64,000 bases of DNA, taken from the IMG/VR virus record IMGVR_UViG_3300029288_004137, positions 128,001 to 192,000 of that record. One strand, 5' to 3'. A program made the position numbers and the translations under genes. The notes beneath the pieces are model-generated. The model saw only the letters and a list, made by a program, of their open reading frames with translations. It ran no database searches and was not told the DNA's origin. Shown here in pieces: positions 1 through 10,886 of this stretch (position 1 is its first letter; each line of letters starts with the position of its first letter). Source of the stretch: a virus. Its lineage: Duplodnaviria; Caudoviricetes.

Positions 1-601
1 CTAAGATTTCCTTGCACTTGTCTTTTGACTCAAGAAGAGGAGTTCTTACAGGAATTGGCATAATTGTTGTTGTAGGAAATAACTTCTTTCCTTCCATTTT
101 GGATGTAACTTGCACATCTTCTCCAGTTTCAGGATGAGTTATATCACCATAGTGTGGATTCATAACAAGTTGTAAGAAGTTTTCATAAACAGTTTTGCCA
201 AACCCCCAAATAAATGCACCCTCATCTTCCCGTCCTCTGACAAGAATTGCTGTATAAAATCTATTTTTTGCGAATAGTTTCTTTGCTTCTTCAAAAATCA
301 CATCGTCTTTCTTATCTTGTGATTCTCTATAAAGTTTAGAAGCAAACTCGCAAATAGGGCATTTCTTATCAAAATTTCTCTTTGGACACAAAATTCCAGC
401 ATTATCACCAAGACCATAATGGAAATAGAATTCCTTAAAAGGATCTTCATCAGGTGATGGAAGCACTCTCACCACATCACCTCCTGCCTTTCCAGGTTCG
501 GGATTCCAATAACGCTTTCCTCCCTTTTTTGAAGAACCTCCTTTACCTTTTGAATTCAAAGAACGAATTTTCTCTTCCATTAATTTTAAATTAATTCCCA
601 T
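1..601 (-). CDS. gp32-like single-stranded DNA-binding protein (3' end runs off the window)
   Basis: Not in the ORF track. Hand translation from ATG at 601 (SD AGGAG upstream): MGINLKLMEEKIRSLN...VRVLPSPDEDPFKEFYFHY...CPKRNFDKKCPICE...IWGFGKTVY...YGDITHPETGED. The RxLP, H..C..CPIC zinc motif and DITxPxxGxD pattern are typical of gp32-family SSBs. Confidence 0.8.
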   Translation of the reverse strand, partial: MGINLKLMEEKIRSLNSKGKGGSSKKGGKRYWNPEPGKAGGDVVRVLPSPDEDPFKEFYFHYGLGDNAGILCPKRNFDKKCPICEFASKLYRESQDKKDDVIFEEAKKLFAKNRFYTAILVRGREDEGAFIWGFGKTVYENFLQLVMNPHYGDITHPETGEDVQVTSKMEGKKLFPTTTIMPIPVRTPLLESKDKCKEIL

Positions 602-648
602 GTTGCACTCTCCTATGTTGATTTAACCGATAAATTAATATTATGATA

Positions 649-900
649 TCATAATATTTCTGATTCATTAACCGAAAATTTTAACGCTTCGCCTATAATG
701 CTATTCCAGTTAAAAACTCTAAAACTTTTTTTATCAAGATCCCATACCAATTCACTTCCTTCCTGCAAAACCCTGATTTTGCTACCTGTTCCTTTTACCT
801 GTTCTTTAAGGAAATCTTCAGGTAGATTGCTAATTTTAATAAAACGCATCTCCCTTTCTTCACCATTCTTCTTTATAAATTTTGCTTTAATTCCTTCCAT
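649..900 (-). CDS. small SH3/Sm-like beta-barrel phage protein (DUF2693/WYL_2-like)
   Basis: F-x-K-K-N-G-E-x-R-x-M and VWDLDKKSFRVF motifs. Confidence 0.6.
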   Translation of the reverse strand: MEGIKAKFIKKNGEEREMRFIKISNLPEDFLKEQVKGTGSKIRVLQEGSELVWDLDKKSFRVFNWNSIIGEALKFSVNESEIL

Positions 901-907
901 ATCCCTC

Positions 908-1705
908 CTATTGTTGAATAAAAGATGAATAAATTGATATATAACAATATGATTTTATTGCATTTGTATCATATACCCCAAAACTACCATTTATTGCTAA
1001 CATTTTTTGTCTTATTTTATTAAAAATATTCATATCTTCCTGATCTTTCTGATTTAATGCAAAATAAAACTTTCTTTCAGAAATGTTGTTTAACTTATAT
1101 AAATAGTTCTCTTCTTCCGTCAAAATATCAAAAACACCTAACGTTCCTATCCTAGAAGTTTCTGATAACTCTTTAAGATTATTACCTATTATTGGTTCTC
1201 TATTATTAAAAATATTTAAAGAATGATAAGCACTTGCAATTGTTTGATTTATCATATCATAATAATTTTTAATTGTTAATCCAACAATTTTATTGGAAAT
1301 ATCGTTATTAGAAAAAAGATACATTTTATCATACATACCGGAACGAACAAATTCTTGAAGAATATTGAATGTTATTTTTTCATTTATTGCTTTGTTTTTT
1401 GATAAAAATGAATTATCAGGTTTTATATAAAGCACCTCCATTGAATTATTTTGATTTTTAAGATCTTCCATAAGTTTTAATGTTATTCCTGTTATATCCC
1501 CTGCACCACATAAAATAAATACAACTTTATCATTTTTTATATCTGATATAATTGAATATGGCCTTTGATAATTATCATTATATTCTTGATGACTTCCAAA
1601 TATAGGATAATTATCATTATCAATATAAAAAGTTTTATACTGAGAATATTGATTAAATAAACTTGAAATCTTTTTACCAGAATTACCTATCCCAATAATA
1701 TTCAT
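908..1705 (-). CDS. divergent tubulin/FtsZ-like GTPase-fold protein
   Basis: N-terminal IIGIGNSG (T1 loop), ILCGAGDITG (degenerate T4 loop), YIKPD (T5-like), LFSNND (T6-like), INQTIA, in FtsZ order. Confidence 0.6.
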   Translation of the reverse strand: MNIIGIGNSGKKISSLFNQYSQYKTFYIDNDNYPIFGSHQEYNDNYQRPYSIISDIKNDKVVFILCGAGDITGITLKLMEDLKNQNNSMEVLYIKPDNSFLSKNKAINEKITFNILQEFVRSGMYDKMYLFSNNDISNKIVGLTIKNYYDMINQTIASAYHSLNIFNNREPIIGNNLKELSETSRIGTLGVFDILTEEENYLYKLNNISERKFYFALNQKDQEDMNIFNKIRQKMLAINGSFGVYDTNAIKSYCYISIYSSFIQQ

Positions 1706-2892
1706 CGAATGCTCACCTTAAATTGTCCTAAAATAGTGCTTTCTAAAATTGAAACAACCTCTTTTTCATATTTTTTTCTTTCTTCATTATTCCAATCAAT
1801 ACATATAGAATCATGAATTGTATAACATATTTTAGATTTCTTGTCTTTTAAAAATTTAAAAATTTCTACAACTTTTCTTAAAAAAAGATCTGAAAATGTA
1901 CTCTGAATTATATAACTCATTCTTAAATTTTGTTCACAATTTATTTCTCTATCATAAATTGTTTTTATACCATCTTTATCGTTTAATGCATATTTTTTAA
2001 GAATCTTACTTTTATTATAAAATAATTTTAATTTACATATATCCTTTATCTCAGGTGGTATAAAATCACTATATAAATATTTGAATATTATCTTTTTGGA
2101 TTCTTCCCTCTTTATATCAGATTTTATAATATTATCTATGTTCCATTGATGAAGATCATATTCTGGTTGTCTATTTTTATTATCTGATAAACCCAAAAAA
2201 GTCCTTAATTCCGCAGCATTATAATCATATTCTATAATTATATCATTTTTGGGAGATATCGCTTTTCTTAGTTCTTTTCTCATAGATAATATTGGGAAAG
2301 AATCACAAGATTCAGATAATCTACCAGTTTTTGTCCCATATAAATTATATATGATTTTTGTTTGTTTATTACGATTTATCTTCGTTAAAAAGTTTTTGCC
2401 AAAATCAGTTCCATAATATTCTTTTAAAATATTTTTATTAATCTCTATATCAACCTTTTTTAAATCATTAGCAAATTCATACAAATCAACCATAAATTCA
2501 TGATTACTAGGTCTTTTATATGTTTCCAAAACATATTTAATTAAAGATTCTTTAAATCCATAATATTCATTAAGAAATTTTTCTGGTATAAAATAAAATA
2601 TTGAAACATCATTCAAAGGAACCGATGTCTTAATACATGCTTTTATAAAGATTTTCATTTTATTTTCAAGAGATTTAAAATAATCTTCTTTGTTCATTTC
2701 TTTTGCTATTTCAACAAAAGATTTCCCCTGACAATAAATTCTAGCACAAGACACATTCTTCAAATGTGAAGAAATAAACGTTGGTTCCCAACATTCTTCA
2801 GAATAAAGATGAATATCATCTAAGTTGAAGATATTACCCTCACTATAAACTCCATAAATCAAATTTGAGAAGGATAAAACTTGATGTACCAC
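1702..2892 (-). CDS. short family A DNA polymerase (polymerase domain only)
   Basis: TKTGRLS, motif A DYNAAELR, motif B REESKKIIFKYLY, motif C IHDS; no recognisable 3'-5' exonuclease motifs. Confidence 0.8.
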   Translation of the reverse strand: MVHQVLSFSNLIYGVYSEGNIFNLDDIHLYSEECWEPTFISSHLKNVSCARIYCQGKSFVEIAKEMNKEDYFKSLENKMKIFIKACIKTSVPLNDVSIFYFIPEKFLNEYYGFKESLIKYVLETYKRPSNHEFMVDLYEFANDLKKVDIEINKNILKEYYGTDFGKNFLTKINRNKQTKIIYNLYGTKTGRLSESCDSFPILSMRKELRKAISPKNDIIIEYDYNAAELRTFLGLSDNKNRQPEYDLHQWNIDNIIKSDIKREESKKIIFKYLYSDFIPPEIKDICKLKLFYNKSKILKKYALNDKDGIKTIYDREINCEQNLRMSYIIQSTFSDLFLRKVVEIFKFLKDKKSKICYTIHDSICIDWNNEERKKYEKEVVSILESTILGQFKVSIR

Positions 2893-4041
2893 TTACCACC
2901 TATGTTGAAATTTTTGAAACGATTCAGACGATAATTTCTTTGAAATTCTTAATTTTTCATTTATATATTTTATTGCTTCGATATAATTAAAATGTTCATA
3001 TAATTCTATTGCTTTTAAAAGATTTGAATCATAATTTTGCTGTCGCCATGCAACATTTTCTTCGCAAGATCGAATATAAAAATAAACTTTAATCCAATAT
3101 AACATATCATACTGATCTTTATTAACTTCTTTTTTTTGAATACGAGTCACGTCTGAACAAGATTTAATTTTGTCTGTCCATGGAAAAACTTTCTTAAATT
3201 CATTATAACCATAAATAAAAACTTTTTTTAAATCAAAAATTTCATCGTCCATTATACGATTATAATAAATTGAAAAAAAATTATTCATTGAAACACCAGG
3301 AACAAAATTCATCAACATTCCTGGAGATGTTAAATCTGCTACCAATAACCATGGAGAATGTTTATCAATCTTAAATCCAAATCTTCTTGCTGCTTCCATA
3401 TAAAAACTATAATTTGGATCATTTATATATGTTGTAGCATTCTTATCATCACCTTGTTCTAACCCTCCTATATCCAAAATAAGTCCAGTAGCATTATATG
3501 AAACATATGAAGATTTATAAAATGCAGACTTTGTTATAAGAAAACTTTTTGCAAGATGTGAAAAAATAAGAATAAATTGCTCTACATAATCATCAAAAGT
3601 AACAATCTTATTCTTTCTTCCTTTTATTAAATAAAATTTATTATAATTAGAAAATATGCTGATTACGTGCTTATTATATTCTATATTAGGATCTATCCAT
3701 CCATTCTTAACTTTAATATCTGATAAAACTGATCCTTCTTCCTTGGAACGAATCATTCTCGTAGTTCTAGCTCTTTTAAAATATTCCCTCATTAGGTCAT
3801 ATGCCCTTACAACAAAATCAAATGTAAAAACTAAACTTTTATTCTCTGATTCCACTTGCCTTAACATTTCTTTGTTGGGTATAATAACATTCCCATAATT
3901 ATCTACTTTCCCATAAAGATCATTCTCTCTTAAAGATATTGGATTTTCATTATAAGTTGGATATGCAAATTTATCATATAACCCTCTAAAATAAAAAGAA
4001 GAAATTGAATCAAGATTATTGTTTGCTTTAAATATTGTCAT
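2893..4041 (-). CDS. hypothetical protein
   Basis: 382-aa ORF coupled to both neighbours; no motif recognised. Confidence 0.6.
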   Translation of the reverse strand: MTIFKANNNLDSISSFYFRGLYDKFAYPTYNENPISLRENDLYGKVDNYGNVIIPNKEMLRQVESENKSLVFTFDFVVRAYDLMREYFKRARTTRMIRSKEEGSVLSDIKVKNGWIDPNIEYNKHVISIFSNYNKFYLIKGRKNKIVTFDDYVEQFILIFSHLAKSFLITKSAFYKSSYVSYNATGLILDIGGLEQGDDKNATTYINDPNYSFYMEAARRFGFKIDKHSPWLLVADLTSPGMLMNFVPGVSMNNFFSIYYNRIMDDEIFDLKKVFIYGYNEFKKVFPWTDKIKSCSDVTRIQKKEVNKDQYDMLYWIKVYFYIRSCEENVAWRQQNYDSNLLKAIELYEHFNYIEAIKYINEKLRISKKLSSESFQKFQHRW

Positions 4042-6602
4042 TTATTTCCTTCACTTATTAAAACTTCCTTCTTGTCAGAATTTACATTGGGTCCATATAT
4101 ATTTCCTTCAGAAATCCACACACATTTCAAATCAGTCTTAAATGTTCCTTCTATATAGGATTTTACATTCGTTATTTTATAATATCCACCTAAACCTAAA
4201 AATGAAGCTTCTTTTTTGCCCATTCCAATAACAGTAGGATCAATATATATAATTTGTCCTGGAACAAAATGAACATTCCCGATCATTGTTAAATCTGCAT
4301 TATATTTTCTCCTTAATTGACCTTCTCCTATTTGTCCTTCTTTTTCCATATACGCTTCAGATAAATATGGTTGATCAACTTTGTTAAAATTAACAGATTT
4401 CAATAGTCCACGATCTAATCCAATTTTTATATGATATATCCCTTTCTCTAAATCATCTTTTTCTTCTGTATTTAATTGATCAACATTAACAATTACAGAA
4501 GAAATAACTAATGCAGAATGAGCATTTTTATAAAAAACATTATTTATATCTTCTTTCTTTAAAGTATCTTTCGCATCTTCAATACTTATTAAATTTATAC
4601 CTATCGAACTATTTGTATTTTTTGCATCACCATAACAAACACTTGATAAACTCTTTTCAACTATTTTTGAAATAGAACTTTCAATAAAATCCTTTATCGT
4701 AAAAGACTTTAAATTTGTTTTAATAATCGTATCTATAAACCATGTAGAAAAACTATCTAAAGATATAGGTAAATCCGCAAGATTCACTTCCAATATTTCA
4801 CCTTCAACACAAGGATTTTCATATTTAAAAGTTCCAAGCATCGTCTGAACACCTTCAAATGTCTTATCAAAATCGTTTTCAATTGCTTTCACCATTAATA
4901 TAACCGTATCAATTAAATCCCCATAATAAACATAATAAATTCTTATATTCCCATCTGGTAATTGTTCGTTTGACTGATTTTGAATTTTCCACTCATCTAA
5001 TACTTCTTCTGTTATTTCTTCATCTTTTGATAAATTTTTCATTGCCTCATTTACATTATCTTTTTGTTTTTCAGATAAACCAATATTACCAGGAGATAAC
5101 TTAGCTTTATCGTAAAAACCTTTCAAAATAGATACAAATTTATTGTCTTCTATTCCTTCACATGATGTATTTTTTTCATATATGGATTTTTCCATATCTT
5201 TTAATTTAATCTGACCTTTTTCAAAAACTCCTATTGTTTCTGGTGCAACATCATGATAATAAACTACTTGCTTTTCAAATAACCTGGAGAATATAGTTTT
5301 GTGCAAAGCTAACTTAAATTTATTCTTTGCCATCTCTTTATCTTTTTTTATTAAATTTATTGCTGTTTCATATATCCGTTTAAGTTCTTTTGTTACCTTT
5401 GGATCATCAAGTAAAATTTCCAATACTGAAATATATGAATCATATGATCTTTTTGTTTTACTTAATTGCAACACCACAGAAGAATATTCTTTATCTGTAT
5501 CAAATAAATAATTTGCAGCAATTGCTGCTTTTATTCCAAAATCTGTTGCTCCGTTGTTTTTAGCTTTTGCTTCAGCAAAATAAGCAGGCAAAGTTCTGTT
5601 TGTCCCAAAAGATTCTGTTAGTGCAAACAAATCTGCACTTTCACTCCCTAATATAGCATCAACCATTGCACGATATTCAATTGTTAATTCAATCGTTCCA
5701 TTTTCTTTAAATGTTATATCATGATTAACCAAATAAAGATAAAGAGTTAACTTTGTTTTTTCAATTGCAGAAATAAGATTATTGCTTAAAAACGCAGACT
5801 TACTTTTAGGAACAGCCCATCCAACAACCGCTTTTAAACGAAAATAATCTGGTTTTAATTCAATATTTTTATCACTTCTAGAAAATCTCCAAATCAAATC
5901 TTTTGCACATAATCCATTTGATTGCTTCCTGTTTAAATCCGCTATTGTATTTAATTTTAAAACTAATTTTGCTTTAATATTATTATTAACTTCCGCTGGA
6001 TTTGTCCCTAACAATTCCCAATCAAAAGACTTAATCCCTACTCCCATTCCTCGTCCTTCTCTGGTCTTTGTTATACTCTCTATATCTTCGTTTCTAAAAA
6101 ATTCATCAAAATAATATTCAATCTCAAAATAATCCTCAGAAAACTTGGGAATAACTGCTTTATCTTTTTGAATTTCATCCATATTGGAAATTAAATTCGT
6201 CTTTATCATTTTATATAATCTTATCTTAGGAACAAGAAAAGCCAATTCACTAGGTTTTATTGAAAACCAATTTAATACACTCTCATCTTTATCTTTAAGT
6301 TTATGAATTAAATTTGATCCATTATACGGTATTCTAGTTATATAATCAAATTTCTTGTTTTTTCCTAAATCAGAAAAAAACTTAAGATAATTCATTAAAT
6401 AACATTGTTGCTGAAATCTGTTTTCTTCCGATTCTTCAAGAGTATCTTCTTCTATTGCTTCAGCAGAACCATCAAATTCTTTTAATGCATCTTGCTGAGC
6501 AAGTTTTTGCTGAATCTGTTCTGGAGAAAGTCCAAAAGAAAATTCAGCAAAATCTTTAATAGAAGAAAAAGAATCCGCTGATATATCTTCATATATTGCC
6601 AT
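4038..6602 (-). CDS. putative baseplate hub protein (gp27-like C-terminus)
   Basis: C-terminal ADLTMIGNVHFVPGQIIYID...GGYYKITNVK pattern of hub proteins; located after tape measure, tube initiator and wedge genes. Confidence 0.55.
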   Translation of the reverse strand: MAIYEDISADSFSSIKDFAEFSFGLSPEQIQQKLAQQDALKEFDGSAEAIEEDTLEESEENRFQQQCYLMNYLKFFSDLGKNKKFDYITRIPYNGSNLIHKLKDKDESVLNWFSIKPSELAFLVPKIRLYKMIKTNLISNMDEIQKDKAVIPKFSEDYFEIEYYFDEFFRNEDIESITKTREGRGMGVGIKSFDWELLGTNPAEVNNNIKAKLVLKLNTIADLNRKQSNGLCAKDLIWRFSRSDKNIELKPDYFRLKAVVGWAVPKSKSAFLSNNLISAIEKTKLTLYLYLVNHDITFKENGTIELTIEYRAMVDAILGSESADLFALTESFGTNRTLPAYFAEAKAKNNGATDFGIKAAIAANYLFDTDKEYSSVVLQLSKTKRSYDSYISVLEILLDDPKVTKELKRIYETAINLIKKDKEMAKNKFKLALHKTIFSRLFEKQVVYYHDVAPETIGVFEKGQIKLKDMEKSIYEKNTSCEGIEDNKFVSILKGFYDKAKLSPGNIGLSEKQKDNVNEAMKNLSKDEEITEEVLDEWKIQNQSNEQLPDGNIRIYYVYYGDLIDTVILMVKAIENDFDKTFEGVQTMLGTFKYENPCVEGEILEVNLADLPISLDSFSTWFIDTIIKTNLKSFTIKDFIESSISKIVEKSLSSVCYGDAKNTNSSIGINLISIEDAKDTLKKEDINNVFYKNAHSALVISSVIVNVDQLNTEEKDDLEKGIYHIKIGLDRGLLKSVNFNKVDQPYLSEAYMEKEGQIGEGQLRRKYNADLTMIGNVHFVPGQIIYIDPTVIGMGKKEASFLGLGGYYKITNVKSYIEGTFKTDLKCVWISEGNIYGPNVNSDKKEVLISEGNK

Positions 6603-6605
6603 ACT

Positions 6606-6944
6606 TTAAACCTTCAATAATTCTAAAATTTTTTCTAATGGCAAAGGAATTAAAACCGTATCTCCGATTGTCCATCCCACCTCTGTAGGTCTTTGATTAA
6701 ACCACGCAATAACCCACCAATATTTAGGATTACCATAATATTTATCTGCCAATTTAAAATATCTATCTGTAAAATCCCAAATATGATTAACAATATTCAA
6801 AGAATTAAATTTATTAGTAGGATATGTTAAAATAGGTGATGTATATTGTTTTATTTGCTTTATTCTCCTATCTTTAAAATATTGATCATAATTAGGAGAT
6901 CTGTTTATATCAACATTTCTATCATTATATCTTGAAATAGACAT
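6606..6944 (-). CDS. baseplate wedge protein, gp53/LysM-like
   Basis: DRYFKLADKYYGNPKYWWVIAWFN...GDTVLIP. Confidence 0.75.
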   Translation of the reverse strand: MSISRYNDRNVDINRSPNYDQYFKDRRIKQIKQYTSPILTYPTNKFNSLNIVNHIWDFTDRYFKLADKYYGNPKYWWVIAWFNQRPTEVGWTIGDTVLIPLPLEKILELLKV

Positions 6945-6948
6945 CTAA

Positions 6949-7728
6949 TTATTCTCCAGGAATAGATTGTTCCCACTCTCCTTTAAATATATCATTTTCA
7001 GCAGCATCACATACACAATCACTAACTACATTATCTTGATTATAATAAGTCGTATCTTCTGTAGAAAAATCTTCTAAAGGAACACCTAACCCATATGGAA
7101 AAAGTTCCATACCATATCTGTCTTTACCCTCTGAATCCCATCCTAATTCATGATTATGCAACACAGTAAAATTAATACTTAATTTAATAAGTTTAGGGTA
7201 AATTTGTCCATTATCCCAAATAAAAACTCCTACATCTAACTCAGGATTTATAGAAATTTCATCAATATATCCAATTAATCCAGAAGTTTTTGCTTGATTA
7301 TCCCCTGGAGATGAAGAATCTTGAATTAAATTGGAAAATTTTAATTTTAATAAAGGAGAAGCACTTATTCTTGACGAACCTCCATAATTTTTCTCTTTTG
7401 TATCATAAGCCGGATATAAAAACTTTGCTAACATAGAACATTTTTCTAAATTTTCAACCGCTTCTTCAAAAGAACCAGCAGGTATGTCCCATGCGATTGA
7501 CATAGTTCTTTTTGTTCCTTTAAAAGTCACTAATGGATCATTTCTTCCATACACCGTTTCTGATTCCCAATCAGAAGAATATTTGTCATTAAAAGTTGTT
7601 AAAAAAGCTTTAAAGCTTATATGTTTCCCAGAAACAACATGATAAATATCAACAAACAATTTTTGTTTGTTTGCTATATAATCACTTTCATCAGCACCAA
7701 GATTAAAATGTGAACCATCTTTTAACAT
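6949..7728 (-). CDS. tail tube initiator / baseplate-tube protein (gp48/gp54-like)
   Basis: W...VYGRNDP...F.GT.R.MSIAW, YP.Y and SPLLKLKF motifs; immediately downstream of the tape measure gene. Confidence 0.6.
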   Translation of the reverse strand: MLKDGSHFNLGADESDYIANKQKLFVDIYHVVSGKHISFKAFLTTFNDKYSSDWESETVYGRNDPLVTFKGTKRTMSIAWDIPAGSFEEAVENLEKCSMLAKFLYPAYDTKEKNYGGSSRISASPLLKLKFSNLIQDSSSPGDNQAKTSGLIGYIDEISINPELDVGVFIWDNGQIYPKLIKLSINFTVLHNHELGWDSEGKDRYGMELFPYGLGVPLEDFSTEDTTYYNQDNVVSDCVCDAAENDIFKGEWEQSIPGE

Positions 7729-7732
7729 TTTA

Positions 7733-10495
7733 TTAAGCCCTATTAATTGATTTTGCTTGATTTTCTACAATTTCACCAACTGCCTCACCAAAAACTCTAT
7801 CATTAATTTTTAATATAACATTTACAGCACTATTCCCTGTTCCAGTAGTATTTCCTTGTTTTAATCCGTTTATTGCTTCAATAAAATCAGAAAATCCATT
7901 ATTTTTTTCTTCTTTTGTTTCACTTTCAACTCTTGAAAATCTTTCAATTTGATCAACAATTTGTGTTGTAAATAAAACAGATTCCGGTTTTATTTCACCT
8001 ACATTCTTTAACATAGTAGTAAAAGTTATTAACTTATTTTCAGGCATCATATCTAATGCTTCTGCTATCATTTCCATACCCATCGCTAAAGATGAAGCAA
8101 AAATTAACATAGTTGTTATTGGAAGTAACATAAGTGTGAAAAATAATTCACCAAGTGATTTTGCCATTTTAGAAATACCATTTCCAGATGATCCCATTGC
8201 ACCTATCATATCTGTTAAAGCATTAACTAAAAGTGTTAAAGAAAGAATAATTACTGCTATTCCCACACCCATCAATGCTATTCCACCACCCAACATAAGG
8301 AATCCTACACCTAACGAAGATAAAGCAGCACCAGCAATATGTCCTATAACAGAAACGCCTATTGCAAAAGCTATTAATCCTCCTAACGCAACTAAAAATG
8401 TTGTTATTCCACCAAAATTCTTTATTGAATACATTAAAATTCCAATTGCTACTGATAACATAAGCATTCCTGCTGCCATTTTCAAAAATCCTAATCCACC
8501 ACCTTTAGGTTCTGATAATGCTCCCAAAGAACCTGAGATTTTATCTATTCCTTTACTTACAAGACCTGTAAGTTTTCCCATTAATCCCAAACCACTAGTA
8601 ACTTTATGAAAATAATATAATACTCCTATTAAAACCGGTATGAACCAATCTCCCAATGCATCAGATAAATATGCTATTTTATCAAATATCCATGTAAGAG
8701 CATTTAAAAGAGGCATGACAATAACACTAAATTTTTCTATCAATTTATTTAATTTATCTTGAAAAGATGCAGTTAAAAGAGCTTGTTCTTGTAATTCTTT
8801 TTCACTCATTGTTAATCTATCTAATTTAGATACAGCTTCATCATATCCTTTTGTTCCTTCACCAAACATTTTATTCGCTAAATTCATGTCTTCTATACCA
8901 GCAGCAGCAGCAATAGCTTTTCTTTCAAATTTTCCCATACTTTGCCAACTTCTTTCTCCACTTTCTACTGCATTAAGCAACATACGAATTCTTTCTGATT
9001 CAGAAGCATTTAATAAATCCATAGAATTCAATAAATCACCACCTAAAATCGCATTTAAATGACCAGCAGATTCAGCAGCTCCTTCAAATGTATCAAACTT
9101 CGATACAAGATTCAACATTGTATCCATATCAGATCCAAGAGCTTTCGAAGCAGCAGATAACTCTAAAAATATTTGTTTTCCCTTACTACCCCATGCTGCT
9201 AATTTTGTCATAGATTTACCAAAATCAGCAGAAAGAGTTTTTATAGATACACCTATACTTTTTGAAGCACTTACTAATGTTTTATGAAAATCTGTTACTT
9301 CTCTTGTTGATTCTTGAAATCCTTGACTTAACGTACTAAAAATTTCTGCACTATTTTGTGCTTCAATTCCAAATGTTTTAAACTTAGCAGTAGTAGTTAT
9401 AATATTTTGTTGTTCTTTTTTATCTAATGTTGTAAATTTCTGCCAATTTTCATATAATGCTGTAGCTGATTCTGTCGCTTCTTTAATTCCAACATTATAA
9501 CTCATCATATTTCTTGAAGAATCATATATTATTTGTCTATATTCTTCACCTGCGCCTGTATTTTTATGAAAATCTGCCAATAATTGACTTGTTTCTCCAA
9601 TATATTTAGCAGTTGATTCAAAAACATTTTCTATTGCTGAATGAAAGGCATTTTCAAAATTTACTATATCTGACATACCAGTGAGCATCGTCTTTGCAGC
9701 ATCACTGAAACTTCCACCAACTTTCATTGTATTAATAAAACCACCTACAATTCCTTGTTTCCAAGAATCAGAAATTCCAGTAAAAACAGTTGAAAGTTTC
9801 TTTGTTTGTGATACAATATTTGATAGTGACTGACTTCTTATATCTTCTCTTGATTGTGTTTGAGCAAATGCCATATTCTTTGCATCAATCTGAGATTGAA
9901 CCACTTCTGCTTCTTCTTTTTGCCCTGAAGACAAAAGAGAATCTCTTCGAATCTCTAAAAGTTTAAGTTCAATTCTTAATTGTGCTTCAGATACTAGTCT
10001 TAATTTTTTTTGCTTTTGTAAAAAAGTTTCTGCTCTTGTTCCATCTATATCAGATAACGATAATTTATATTCTAATAACTTTAAATCTCTTTCTTCATTT
10101 TTAAGAGATTCATCAGAAACTTCCAATCTACTTTTATGGATTTTAAATATTTCTTTCTGAGAATCTACATAATCTCTTAATTCCACAACTTGTTCTTTTT
10201 TATGAGATTTTATAGCATCAGAAAAAAGTTGAGAAACAACTTCATTAGATTTTGATAATTTATCTATAAAATCCTTTACATTATTTTTAGATTTATTGTC
10301 TTTAACTTTAACTGCTTTTTCTATTACTTTCTTAAATTCTGAAAATACTGATTCATCTATATCATCTTTATATTGTATTAGTTTAACAACTTCTTTAAAT
10401 TTTTCTTGAATATTAAGTTGATTTTTACTTATACTATTACGTAAAATGCGTAATTCATTTTTTATTTGATCATCAGTTGGTTGTATTGGTGGCAT
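7733..10495 (-). CDS. tail tape measure protein
   Basis: 920 aa, Ala/Gly-rich helical, KFDTFEGAAESAGHLNAILG segment, hydrophobic stretches; follows the chaperone genes. Confidence 0.8.
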   Translation of the reverse strand: MPPIQPTDDQIKNELRILRNSISKNQLNIQEKFKEVVKLIQYKDDIDESVFSEFKKVIEKAVKVKDNKSKNNVKDFIDKLSKSNEVVSQLFSDAIKSHKKEQVVELRDYVDSQKEIFKIHKSRLEVSDESLKNEERDLKLLEYKLSLSDIDGTRAETFLQKQKKLRLVSEAQLRIELKLLEIRRDSLLSSGQKEEAEVVQSQIDAKNMAFAQTQSREDIRSQSLSNIVSQTKKLSTVFTGISDSWKQGIVGGFINTMKVGGSFSDAAKTMLTGMSDIVNFENAFHSAIENVFESTAKYIGETSQLLADFHKNTGAGEEYRQIIYDSSRNMMSYNVGIKEATESATALYENWQKFTTLDKKEQQNIITTTAKFKTFGIEAQNSAEIFSTLSQGFQESTREVTDFHKTLVSASKSIGVSIKTLSADFGKSMTKLAAWGSKGKQIFLELSAASKALGSDMDTMLNLVSKFDTFEGAAESAGHLNAILGGDLLNSMDLLNASESERIRMLLNAVESGERSWQSMGKFERKAIAAAAGIEDMNLANKMFGEGTKGYDEAVSKLDRLTMSEKELQEQALLTASFQDKLNKLIEKFSVIVMPLLNALTWIFDKIAYLSDALGDWFIPVLIGVLYYFHKVTSGLGLMGKLTGLVSKGIDKISGSLGALSEPKGGGLGFLKMAAGMLMLSVAIGILMYSIKNFGGITTFLVALGGLIAFAIGVSVIGHIAGAALSSLGVGFLMLGGGIALMGVGIAVIILSLTLLVNALTDMIGAMGSSGNGISKMAKSLGELFFTLMLLPITTMLIFASSLAMGMEMIAEALDMMPENKLITFTTMLKNVGEIKPESVLFTTQIVDQIERFSRVESETKEEKNNGFSDFIEAINGLKQGNTTGTGNSAVNVILKINDRVFGEAVGEIVENQAKSINRA

Positions 10496-10504
10496 TTATA
10501 TCTC

Positions 10505-10831
10505 TTATTTAAAAGGCCATTTAATTCCCGTTATTCTTTCAAATTTTGAAACAGCAGAAAGTAATTCATATTTACTTTTATATGTTTGAGGAGCATCAAA
10601 TCCATACTTTGCAACATCTTTTATATAAAGATATTCCTTTCCTATCGTTTTTGCCATATTTTCAAGTTGAAGTTTTGTACCTTTAAATTGCATATTTTCT
10701 GTTTTTGCTCCAAACATTTTGTTTAAAACCATTTTAATTCCTGTACCAAACCAAGCAAGCCAACTTTCATTAACTTTTTGATTTTCTTTTGTCATTTGAG
10801 CACTTGCATCATTTAATTCGATAATAAGCAT
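10505..10831 (-). CDS. hypothetical protein
   Basis: 108-aa ORF with SD AGGGG and an upstream late-promoter-like motif; ends FERITGIKWPFK. Confidence 0.6.
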   Translation of the reverse strand: MLIIELNDASAQMTKENQKVNESWLAWFGTGIKMVLNKMFGAKTENMQFKGTKLQLENMAKTIGKEYLYIKDVAKYGFDAPQTYKSKYELLSAVSKFERITGIKWPFK

Positions 10832-10886
10832 ATTTATCCCCTATTATATTATAATCCAAACATAATTAGTCATAAAATCAAAATAT

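Noticed and set aside
1099-1108. ACTATTTATA motif copy inside the tubulin-like gene
   Set aside because: It lies within coding sequence (ENYLY), about 200 nt from the next start, and is plausibly chance in AT-rich DNA.
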